This document shows, piece after piece, positions 31,791 to 40,992 of a stretch of 64,000 nucleotides of DNA. The notes below the pieces were generated by a model, which saw only the letters and a list, made by a program, of their open reading frames with translations, made no database searches and was not told where the DNA came from. The translations under genes and the position numbers were made by a program. The stretch spans positions 832,001 through 896,000 of the forward strand of contig CAVWFS010000007.1 in NCBI GenBank assembly GCA_963754315.1, written 5' to 3'. Source of the DNA: an uncultured Candidatus Rokubacteria bacterium. Lineage in GTDB: Bacteria; Methylomirabilota; Methylomirabilia; Rokubacteriales; CSP1-6. The first letter of the stretch is position 1. Each line of letters begins with the position of its first letter.

Positions 31791-33623
31791 GCCCCGCTCC
31801 GCCTGGCCGAGGGCCAGATGCGACCAAGTCGACCGGTTCGTGGTGGCCCTCCACGCGGCCGGGCTGCACCCCATGGCGCAGCACCACGCAAGCGGCCCGG
31901 ACCTTCTGTGGGCGGCTCCAGCGGGCGGGCGGCTGGGCGCAGCTGTCACGCGCCCGGCAGCTCGAGGCCACCAGGAAGGCGCCGACATTCGCCGCCTGGC
32001 TCCTGGTCACCGGCCAGCTCACGGTCACGGCCGACTTCCTGAGTCGCGCCGATCTCCGCTTGGGGATCGCCGCGCGCCACTACTGCCCCGAGGCCCACAC
32101 ATGGTTCGTCGCGCTCGCCGAGCAGCTCGGGCTGCGCCCCGCCGACACGACGCTGCAGTGGTCGACGCTGGCCAAGGTCACGGCGCTCACCAGGACCCCG
32201 CCGGAGGGGATCGGCCCGGGCGAGTTCGAGCGGGCCCGGACGGCCATCGTCGACGCGTTCATCGCGCGCGAGTCGCCGGGGGCCGGCCGGAACATGGCCG
32301 CCGTCTTCCACCGCCTCCAGCTCACGCTGTTCCACGCCGGGCGCCTCGATACCTAGCTCGGCCTCGGACCCGCCCGCCGGTCTCGGTCCGCGGGTGGGCG
32401 GTGGTCGCGCCCGGCCTCACAGCGGTGGCGCGCCGCTACGTCGAGCAGGTCGCCCTGAGTCTGCCGCCCGTCCACGGTGGCGCACATCGAGCACGACCTG
32501 CGCGCGTTCGGGACCTGGCTGGCCGGCCACGCACCCGCAGGTCGCCAGCCTGCGCCGATCTCGAACGCCACCACATCGAGCACTTCAAGGGCTGGCTGGC
32601 CACCAAGCACGGGCTGCGCACGGGCAAGCCGCTGAACCGGATCAGCATCAAGAACACGTCTCATCAACTTGCACTGCTTCTTCGACCGGATCACCGAGTG
32701 GGGCTACCCCCACCCACCCCAACGCCCGCTCGTGTTCGCCGGTGACCTTCCGCTCGTCGACCAGCCGCTCCCGCGGTTCCTTGACGACGCCGCGGCCGCC
32801 AAGCTCCTGCGGACGTCGCGGGCGGATGCGGATCCGCTCGCCCGCCTGATCGTCGAGCTGCTCGCCCGCACCGGGATGCGCTCGAGGGAACTCCGCGCCC
32901 TCACCGTCGACGCCGTGGTCCAGATCGGCTCCGCCTACTGGCTCCGCATCCCGGTCGGCAAGCTCCACAACGACCGCTACATCCCCCTGCACCCGCAGCT
33001 CAAGGACCTCCTCGACGACTGGATCGCCCACCACCGACCCGCTGGCCTGCGCTCCGACCGGCTCTTCCTCGACCGCCGCCGCCCCCTCACCGCGCACCGC
33101 ATCGCCACCGCCCTGCGCCGCCTCGGCGACCGAAGCCGGCATCGGCCACGTCACCGCGCACCAGCTCCGCCATACCCTGGCCACCCAAGCCATCAACCGG
33201 GGGATGAGCCTCGACGCCATTGCCGCCCTGCTCGGCCACAAGACCCTCGCCATGACGATGGTCTACGCCCGCATCGCCGACAAGACGGTCGCCGACGAGG
33301 ACTTTGCGGTCACGGAGAAGGTCGAAGCCCTCTACCACCAACCCCACCAGCTCCCCGCCGAGGCCGAGGGCACCGAGATGCGCCGCCTCCGCGCCGAGAT
33401 GCACCGCCGCATGCTGGGCAACGGCTACTGCGCCCGCCCCGTCGAGATGGACTGTCACTTCGAGTCCATCTGCGAGTCCTGCACTTTCTTCGTCACCACG
33501 ATCGCCTTCCGCCCCACGCTTGAGCGGCAGCGCGATGATGCCGAGCGCAAGGGGCAAATCGGCCGCCAGAAGATCTTCGACGGGCTTCTCACGCGCCTCG
33601 ACAAGCAGGCGGCCAACTCGTGA
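31781..33623 (+). CDS. Tyrosine recombinase 2 with Cys-rich C-terminus (multiple frameshifts)
   Basis: TGMR, VGKLH, HQLRH, LLGH and MVYAR motifs; LGNGYCARPVEMDCHFESICESC. Confidence 0.82.
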
Positions 33624-34075
33624 CCGACCGGGACACTTGCCAGGATCACCCACATAAGTACAACACCGAGCATCGGCACGGGGGGATCGGCTGGCTCACG
33701 CCGGCGATGGTGCCCTACGGGCAGGCCGCGCTCGTGCGCACCGCGCGCCAGCAGGTCCTCACCGCGGCCTACGCCGCTCATCCCGAGCGCTTCGTGCGCC
33801 GCCCGCCCGCGCCGCCGGCGGTTGCGGACGCCGTGTGGATCAATCCTCCGGTGTCGAACGGTGAGCCGAGCGGGCATTGCCGCACGAACTCGGTGGCTAC
33901 GGTGGGCGAGAGCGAGCGCTTCAGAGGCGCCCGGAGCCACGATCTCGAGGGGGGTCGCCATCTCGATACCCCGAGAACGACGTCCTCGTCGTCAGCGTGG
34001 CGCCTCTCGGGTCGGGAGTTCGACACTAAATGCGCGCCTTCGGTGTCTCAAAGTCGTTGACACATTCCGCCCTCT

Positions 34076-34207
34076 GTTGGCTACGAGATCCCTCTAACTC
34101 GGCACTTCTACAAGTACAAGCCTCTGCGGCCGCTTGGCGAGATTGAGAAAGAGATTCGGGACTTGGAGCAGGAGATCCAGGGAATGCTCGGAGGCGTGTT
34201 AGCGTGA
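34076..34207 (+). pseudogene. hsdM: C-terminal fragment of type I R-M methyltransferase
   Basis: Manual translation VGYEIPLTRHFYKYKPLRPLGEIEKEIRDLEQEIQGMLGGVLA*, a typical HsdM C-terminus; GTGA overlap with hsdS. Confidence 0.8.
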
Positions 34208-34558
34208 GGCCACGAACACCCGCTCAACTCCGGGAGACCCGGCTGAATGGTGTTGGGCCGGCTCCGGCTGAGTGGCTCTTGTGCCGAGCTGATTCACTCT
34301 TTTCGATCCGAAAACGAGTTATCGATGCTAAACGGCTCGCTGGACGCGAGGTGTTCCACTACAGCATCCCCGCCGTGCAGGCGATGGGCGACGGGCAAGT
34401 CGAGGATGGCGACTCCATCGACTCTAGCAAGTTCGTCTTAGAGGGCGATGAGCTACTCGTATCGAAGCTTAATCCCCGTAAGGGAACACTCGCCCTTGCG
34501 CGACCACACACGATGCTGTCCGTCTGTTCCACAGAGTTTGTGCCCCTGCTGCCAAAGT
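34204..34558 (+). pseudogene. hsdS: Type I R-M specificity subunit, N-terminal TRD only, truncated by IS
   Basis: GPAPAEW, GDELLVSKLNP and CSTEFVPL motifs; coupled to the hsdM stop; ends at the IS IR. Confidence 0.8.
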
Positions 34559-35963
34559 TGTCCTGGTTCAGCGTGAACTGGAGTCCCAGCTATGCCCGGA
34601 ATGAACCGGGCTGGTTGCAACTCGCGCCTGTTCGCGCCGGGTGGCGCGTCGAGCGCGGGCCGCTTCGAGTTTGCGGTCTCGCTCCTCCCAGATCTGCGTG
34701 TGCCGGCCGTCGAGCCGATCCTGCGGCGTGACGTACCCGATCGCACTGTGAAGACGCCTGGTGTTGTACTCCTCCACGAAGGCGCCGACCACCCGCCGCG
34801 CGTCGCCCAGGCTCAGCGGCGTCTTCGGCCGCACGGCCTCGACTTTCAGCGAGCCGTGCCAGCGCTCGATCTTGCCATTCGATTGCGGATAGTACGGCGA
34901 CGTCCGGACGTGGTCCATCCCACTGAGGCGGACGAACTGCTTGAAGTCCCGGGCGATGAATTGCGGGCCGTTGTCGCTGATCAGCCGCGGCGTCGCCGTC
35001 GGATATTTCTCCTTCGCCTTCTGCAGCACCAACTCCACCTCGGGCTCCGTCATCGATTCCCGGATCTCCCACTGCAGGTTCGCCCGACTGCACCCATCCA
35101 GCACGCTGCACAGGTAGTAAAACGTGCCGCAGATGTTCAGGTACGAGATGTCCGTGTGCCAGTGCTGATGCGGCTCCCGCGGCTGCACGAACCCCGTGCC
35201 CTTCTGGCTGGGCGTCACGTTCCACGGCTTAAGCAGGCCGGCCTTACCGAGCACGCGATACACCGAGGCCGGGCTCACCGCCACCACGTCCTGGTCGAGC
35301 ATCATGAACGCCAGGCGCCGATAGCCGTCGCGGGGGTGCGCCCGCGCGAAGGCCACGATCGCCTCGTGCTCCCACGCCTCGAGCCAGTGGTCGCGCGGCA
35401 CCGTCGCGTTATGCTCATTCGCTTTCCCGTAACGCTGCTTCCAGTCGAAGTACTTGCTGGCGCCCAGCCCGAGCCACCCGACCACCCGCGTGGCCGGCAG
35501 CTCGGTCTGCGTACTCCAGGTGGCCACGAAGTCGATCACGGCGTCCCGCGTGTCGGGGGGAACCCACCCGCCGCTCAGAGCTCCCCAAGTTCTTTTTTTG
35601 TCTTCACGAATTCCTCGGTCACCTTCGCGATGATCCGGTCCTTCTGGGTCAGCCGCTGCCGGAGGGCCTCGACCTGGCGCTCCAGGTCCCGCTGCTCGGC
35701 GCTCGCCTCCTTCGCGAACGCGGCCGCGCCATTCTCGAAGAACTGCTTCTGCCAGGCGTAGAACAGCGTAGGACTCACGTCGTGCTCCTCACACACCTTC
35801 GAGACCGCCTGCCCCTCCAGCAGGACCTGCCTCAGGATCGCCACCTTGTCCGCCGCGCTGTGCTGCCGATACCGCCGTGCTCGCTTTGTCCCCACGGGTC
35901 CCTCCTACCGGCGGATTACACTCCGCCCGGGTGAGGAACTCCAGTTTCAACTGAGGCAGGACA
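34559..35963 (-). mobile_element. IS3-family insertion sequence, 1405 bp, apparently intact
   Basis: 26-bp imperfect IRs tgtcctggttcagcgtgaactggagt / actccagtttcaactgaggcaggaca; A7G slip site (plus strand 35592-35599); no target duplication seen. Confidence 0.92.
34568..35895 (-). CDS. IS3 transposase OrfAB (programmed -1 frameshift)
   Basis: OrfA 35575-35895 HTH; OrfB WHTDISY, SDNGPQF and SNGKIERWH DDE motifs. Confidence 0.92.
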
Positions 35964-36407
35964 TTTCGAAACGCCGCGCGCTCCATATCGCGTGCGCGCT
36001 CTCTCGCGATCGTGGGCGGAGGCATGTGCGGCAGGACCTTCGTAAACCCCTCCAGCACCCTGACCTGGTCGGGCTGCCCCGGCGTCCGGGCGAACGCTCA
36101 GGTCGTGGAAGGCTTCACGACGATCTCGGTTGTTCGAGCCGAAGCCGTGGGTGAATAGCTGACGTTGGTGAAGTGATCGCGGCTGCGCAGCGAGATCCTC
36201 CGTCGCTGAGGCGCTCGCTGCGCAGCCCGCGCCATCCCCAGAACCCTAACCGTTCTCTTATTGACTCTCCACCACCCCCTCGCTAGCCTCGTGCGGCATG
36301 AGGAGCGCCGCCGAACGAATGAACCCGGTCGGCGCCCGTTGGACAAGCCTGCGAAACGGTCAGCGGAAGTGGCTGTGCACCCCTTCAATCCACAGAGGAG
36401 GTTTCGC

Positions 36408-36782
36408 ATGAGTGCACGGATCGGTTTCTGGAGTTCGATGGCGTTGGCCGCGTTGCTGTCTCTCGGCGCCGCCCCCGCCCACGCCCTCACGACGCTAGTC
36501 ACGTCTGATCTCACGGGAGGGATTGGTGACTTCATCCTCTGTCGGCTTGTGAACGTGGGTCCTAGGGATATCACTGTAACGCTCCAGATGATAGACCAGA
36601 GCGGCCTCATTCTTGAAGAAAGCGAGCAAGTCATAACGCCTGGAACTAGGGGGTTTCTAATCCACTCTGAATTTACTTCCGCGTACTGCCGCTTCGTCGG
36701 CTTCTTCAGCAAGACGCTCGTGCGTGGGAGCATCGACATCCTATCGAACGGTCGCTCAATCGTCGCGCTACCAGCCCAATAG
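36408..36782 (+). CDS. Small secreted hypothetical protein
   Basis: GAGGAGG RBS; signal peptide ending PAHA; two Cys; beta-rich; lower GC than flanks. Confidence 0.7.
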   Translation: MSARIGFWSSMALAALLSLGAAPAHALTTLVTSDLTGGIGDFILCRLVNVGPRDITVTLQMIDQSGLILEESEQVITPGTRGFLIHSEFTSAYCRFVGFFSKTLVRGSIDILSNGRSIVALPAQ

Positions 36783-36813
36783 GAGCACGCTGAACGAGGG
36801 TGGCCGAACCCCG

Positions 36814-36909
36814 TGCTCGCGTCGTCGAGAAGGCGACGACGCGAGCATTCCGCGTTCCTCGTAGATGAAATTTGAGAACGGGTGCCCGACAGCCTGGGCA
36901 CCCGTTCTC
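36814..36909 (+). terminator. Two tandem 14-bp-stem hairpins
   Basis: tgctcgcgtcgtcg/cgacgacgcgagca and gagaacgggtgccc/gggcacccgttctc. Confidence 0.55.
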
Positions 36910-37023
36910 TAAGCCCTACGCGCCTCCAGGACGCGTGCTCAGGTCCAGAACGAGTTAGGAATGGGGGTCGAGACGTAAGTGGAATTTCTAGAGGCTCCTG
37001 GACCCGCTGGCGTGGCGACGTGC

Positions 37024-37089
37024 CTACGCCGCCACTTCACCCGAGAAATCGACTTCATCCACGAGGGAGGTTTCTGACGGACAGTATCG
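37024..37089 (-). repeat. ~66-bp direct repeat, copy 1 (degenerate LSR-tail/att half-site)
   Basis: First 33 nt identical to 38847-38879; similarity ends at gacggacagtatcg. Confidence 0.85.
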
Positions 37090-37633
37090 TCTACGTCTGC
37101 CCCGCTTCAGCGAACGGTCAAGGAGTCGTTCCGGGATGTTGCGTGCTGGCCCGCCGTGGATCACGGATGGCGCGAAGCCGGGGACAAGGATCTGGACGGC
37201 AAGAGACCGGATCTGACGAGCAGGGCGCTTCAGGAATTCAGAAAGAACTACCGTTCCCTCCCGACGTAGCGCGCCGACGTGGGGACGAACGCCAACGCGC
37301 TCAAGAGCCCTGGTGTGCCGGACGTTCGTGGGGAGGCTCGTGGGGCCGGTCGAAGTCCACGCGGGCGAAAACCCGACGGCGACGGGATCGCCTGGACGCT
37401 TACGCCTCGAAGAGCAGCGAGACCTTCAGGACTGGCCGCGTCGCCCGTATATCATCCAGCCCCGCTCGCGCATCGCACCGAGATTCGCGACCAGGTGAAC
37501 GGTGACGGAATCGTTAACGTCGCCCTGGCCCGACGCGAATCACGACGAGGGTAGCTCCGAAGGGAGCCCGTCGTCGAGAAGTGCACGGCGTGTACCGGAG
37601 GGTGGGGAGTGGGTCAGTTTGAAGTCACGGGCT

Positions 37634-38081
37634 CTAGCGCCGTGGGCTCGCGGGCGCATCGGCTCGGCGCAGAAGGAGTCTCACCGTCTGCGAGCCCTCG
37701 AAGGCCGGAAGGATCGCCTCGCCTACCATCTCTTCTCCGCTGACTGTCAACTCGCCTCTCGAACCTTCACCGAAACGACTCACCACAGTGAAATGGAAAA
37801 CGTCGCCACCGACACTACCCGCAAGCGCTCCGGCGCCTCGCCCCAAGGCGCCCCCCGCGAGGCCCAACTCCATCCTTCCCTTGACCTTTGGTCTCTCTTG
37901 TTCAAGATAGAGAGTGATATTCGGACCGCCACCCCCTGCCCGAGTCCCTCCTGAGACCGTTCCCTGCCAGACGCCCGTGACATCGACGGTCACCAGCGTG
38001 GTCTCGATCCAGTCGGGGCGCGTGGCACCCGCTGGTGAACAAGAGGACCGCAACGATGAGGGTCACTCCGGCTGTCTTCAC
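37634..38081 (-). CDS. Hypothetical lipoprotein, paralog A (frameshift after the lipobox)
   Basis: MKTAGVTLIVAVLLFTSGC then ATRPDWIETTLVTVDVTGVWQG...LTVSGEEMVGE. Confidence 0.7.
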
Positions 38082-38170
38082 CCTCTTCAGCCTCCCACGA
38101 AGGCGATTCCACTACTCTAGCCGACTGGGCGCCCTAGCCGCTCAGGCTGGGGCTCCTGGCGGGAGCGCGC

Positions 38171-38604
38171 TCACGTTTGCGGGCGCGGGGTCGGGGCTGG
38201 TCCCGAGCGACGGAGATGGACCCGGCAAGGGCAGCGGGAGGGAGCACCGAAGCCGAAAATTAAGGGCAAATCTACTTCTCCGATCATTTCATCCCCGTCA
38301 ACCGTCAGCGCGCCTCTTACCGTAGAAGATCCGGAGACGGTAAAGGCGAATACCTCCCCATTCACGAGACCCTCGACCCGTCCATTCATCGTTAATGCGC
38401 AGGCGCCATCGATGACTCGCCCGTGACCCGCGCTCCGTCTTGTTGAAGCGTCCACGAGAAATGCGACGGGCCCCTCCATCGGATCGTTCCGCTCCACGTT
38501 CCGGAGACATCCGTCAGCACCAGCATGTCGCCGACCCAGTCCCGACGCGTGCAGCCGACACTGGCCAGGATGAGCAGCCCGATCAGGAGCCACATCTTCG
38601 CCAT
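38171..38604 (-). CDS. Hypothetical lipoprotein, paralog B (one frameshift)
   Basis: MAKMWLLIGLLILASVGCTRRDWVGDMLVLTDVSGTWSG...LTVDGDEMIGE; AAGGAG RBS. Confidence 0.7.
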
Positions 38605-38846
38605 GGGTGTGTTGCGCTCCTTTCGGTGGTACACGAAGCCAGCCCAGCGAGAATTGTAGGGCGCTACGGCGTGGCAGATCAATCGAGGAAGCGCGGGCTT
38701 CTGAGAGGGCGAGAGACCGGGGAAATTACTCGCGCCGAGAAGCCCGGGACCAGCGCTCCTCGACGCGTTCACGTTGTGGTGCTACTCGATCATGCCCCTC
38801 ACGGAAAAGTCATTTCCGGGCGTCTCCTGGCTTGTCTGGGAGCCTG

Positions 38847-38914
38847 CTACGCCGCCACTTCACCCGAGAAATCGACTTCCATCCACGAGGGGCGTTCTCC
38901 GACGGACAGTATCG
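38847..38914 (-). repeat. ~68-bp direct repeat, copy 2; encodes ILSVGERPSWMEVDFSGEVAA* on the minus strand
   Basis: Matches 37024-37089; open frame ending in TAG. Confidence 0.85.
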
Positions 38915-39020
38915 GCCCCGCATCATACATGGCTACTCCTCCCCCGGTCACGTAGCCACGGCGTCCGGCTCCGACGAGGTCTTGCTACGATAGCCGCCAC
39001 CACGGTCAGGAGGACAATCG

Positions 39021-40364
39021 ATGTCCGACTTCCGCACGTACCTCGACGCCCTCACAAGCGCCGGTCAGCTCGTGCACATCGACAAGCCCGTCAATCCCGA
39101 GTTCGAGGTTGCCGCCTACGTCCGCAAGGCGTCCGACACGGAGGGCCCGGCGTTCCTCTTCGACAACGTGATCGGCCATCCTGGTTGGAGGCTGGCCGCC
39201 GGTCTGTACGGCACCATGGCGCGCCTCTCTATCGCGCTCGGTTGTCCCCTCGGCGAAGTCGTCGACCGGTACGGCGCGGCCGTCCGGAATCCGGTCGCGC
39301 CGCGTCGGGTCCCGCGCGGTCCGTGCCAGGAGATCGTTCTGGCTGGTGAGCGTGCGGACTGTACCGAGCTGCCCATCGTCGTGCACTCGGAGCTGGACGC
39401 CGGCCGCTATCTGACGGCGGGCGTGATGTTCGGACGCGATCCCGAGACAGGCGTGCTCGGTGTCGGCCTGCAGCGCATGCAGCTCAAGGGACCGCGGCGC
39501 TTCGGTGTGAACATGCCGGCCGAGCGGCGAGTGGGCCGGGCCGTCTTGAAGGCCGAAGACCGTGGCGAGCCCTTCGGAGTGGCGGTGGTGTTGGGCGCCG
39601 GTCCTTTCGTCGACCTCGGTTCGCAAGCCAAGATTCCACATGCGCAGGAGAAGCTCGGCGTGGCGGGAGGGTTGGCGGGCCGGCCCATCGAGCTCGTTGC
39701 CTGCCAGACGGTCGATGCCGAGGTCCCGGCTGACGCCGAGATCGTCATCGAGGGCCATTTCGTCCCGAACATCCGCGAAGAGGAGGGCCCCTTCGGGGAA
39801 GTGGCCGGCACCTACGGCCTCCGCGGCGAGCGTCACGTCTTCGAGGTCAGCGCAATCACGCGGCGGCGCGACGCCATGTACCACACGGCGCTCACCGGTA
39901 TGCCGACGACCGACAACCACGTACAGGCATGGCCGGCCATCTGCGAGTCGATCAAGCGCATGGCCCAGCTGGCCTGCCCGGAGGTCGTCGACGTGCACGC
40001 CATCGGCCCTTACTACATCGCGGTTGTCGCCATCAAGAAGCGGCTCGCCTACGAGGCGCGCAACGTCATCCTGAGCGTCCTGGGGCCGACGGCCGGCGCT
40101 CCCCAGGCCAAGTATTGCATCGTGGTCGATCCCGACGTGAACGTGCGCGACGTTAACCAGGTGCTGTGGGCTCTCTACACGCGGTGCCAGCCGAGCGACG
40201 ACGCCTTGATCTTCCCGCCGATGGTGGGAGCGCCCCTCGACCCCTCGGCGCCCGTGCACCGCCATGCGTCGAAGATGGGGTTCGACGCCACCGTGCCCCT
40301 CGGCGCCTCGCGCGAGCGCTACAACCGGGTGATCGTTCCGGGCGTCGACCAAGTGTCCTGGTGA
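39021..40364 (+). CDS. UbiD family (de)carboxylase
   Basis: DAGRYLT, VPADAEIVIEG, EEGPFGE, VVDPDVN and SKMGFDAT motifs; AGGAGG RBS. Confidence 0.93.
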   Translation: MSDFRTYLDALTSAGQLVHIDKPVNPEFEVAAYVRKASDTEGPAFLFDNVIGHPGWRLAAGLYGTMARLSIALGCPLGEVVDRYGAAVRNPVAPRRVPRGPCQEIVLAGERADCTELPIVVHSELDAGRYLTAGVMFGRDPETGVLGVGLQRMQLKGPRRFGVNMPAERRVGRAVLKAEDRGEPFGVAVVLGAGPFVDLGSQAKIPHAQEKLGVAGGLAGRPIELVACQTVDAEVPADAEIVIEGHFVPNIREEEGPFGEVAGTYGLRGERHVFEVSAITRRRDAMYHTALTGMPTTDNHVQAWPAICESIKRMAQLACPEVVDVHAIGPYYIAVVAIKKRLAYEARNVILSVLGPTAGAPQAKYCIVVDPDVNVRDVNQVLWALYTRCQPSDDALIFPPMVGAPLDPSAPVHRHASKMGFDATVPLGASRERYNRVIVPGVDQVSW

Positions 40365-40491
40365 AGAAGCCGGGGCCCCGGAGGAGGTTTCACGCTCCGC
40401 TTGTCCCGATCCCGCGAGGGAGGAGGCTAGCAACGGCAGGCTGGCCTACCCGCGTTGACAGAGGGGCCCGTCGAGCCTACGCTCGATTGTC

Positions 40492-40974
40492 GTGACCCCC
40501 GCATTGACGACCCGCGGGTTCTTGCTTGCTCTCGTTCTCTTCGCTGGTGGGTGTGGTCAGCCATTTCAGCCCGTTGCGACCCCGCCTCCAAATTTGCTCG
40601 GGACCTACGTGGGGACGTGGGGCGATGCGCCCACCACGTTTGCCATCCAGAATTACGGCCAAGCCCAGCCCACCGGCGGGCTCTTCGTGGGCTCCCTCTC
40701 GATCGGTGGTGTGTCGCAGATGCAGGTCTCGGGCGTCATTACGCATCCAAGCCCCCAGGGGCCCCGCGAGAGTACCTTCACCGCGCAGGTCGGCTATATA
40801 GGAGGCGAGTTGATCCTCGCCCTCAGCCTGCCCACCATGGACTCCATGGACACGTTCGAAGAACTGTCCCTTGCTGTGAAGGGAGACACTCTCGTCGGCG
40901 AAGCTCAGCGAAACTATCTCCAGGGACCGAAGGGGCCGATACGGCTCGTTCGGCAATCGACGCCCCCTCGGTAG
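40492..40974 (+). CDS. Hypothetical lipoprotein
   Basis: Signal peptide with AGGC lipobox; LLGTYVGTW and LAVKGDTLVGE resemble paralogs A and B. Confidence 0.65.
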   Translation: MTPALTTRGFLLALVLFAGGCGQPFQPVATPPPNLLGTYVGTWGDAPTTFAIQNYGQAQPTGGLFVGSLSIGGVSQMQVSGVITHPSPQGPRESTFTAQVGYIGGELILALSLPTMDSMDTFEELSLAVKGDTLVGEAQRNYLQGPKGPIRLVRQSTPPR

Positions 40975-40992
40975 CGCGCCAGCTGACGACCC

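Larger units (their letters stand above)
30674..33656 (+). mobile_element. Two-tyrosine-recombinase transposon (Tn554 TnpA/TnpB-like, RIT-like ends)
   Basis: Terminal IRs tatgcgggtgatc / gatcacccacata; splits the IS3 transposase between PW and YNTEH. Confidence 0.82.
29321..34069 (+). mobile_element. IS3-family insertion sequence interrupted by a nested transposon
   Basis: Imperfect IRs tgtgccaacgatggtgaga / tctcaaagtcgttgacaca; flanking ccctc direct repeat; orfA RRRFTAEYK...LLRREGLYSSHL; A7G slip site at 29839-29846; orfB WSWDIT, DIFSRY, HADRGS, SNDNPLSE resuming as YNTEHRH at 33659. Confidence 0.88.
22344..38914 (-). mobile_element. Candidate ~16.6-kb integrative element bounded by LSR-split att junctions
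   Basis: LSR at the left end; in-frame LSR tail at the right end; replication, R-M, IS and cargo genes inside; flanked by divergent host-type genes. Boundaries are inferred. Confidence 0.6.

Noticed and set aside
37402..37460. Minus-strand DDIRATRPVLKVSLLFEA* as a third integrase-tail scar
   Set aside because: No nucleotide similarity to the two repeats; too weak to support.
36181..38763. Hairpins as integron attC sites
   Set aside because: No RYYYAAC/GTTRRRY boxes were seen and neither tyrosine recombinase looks like IntI.
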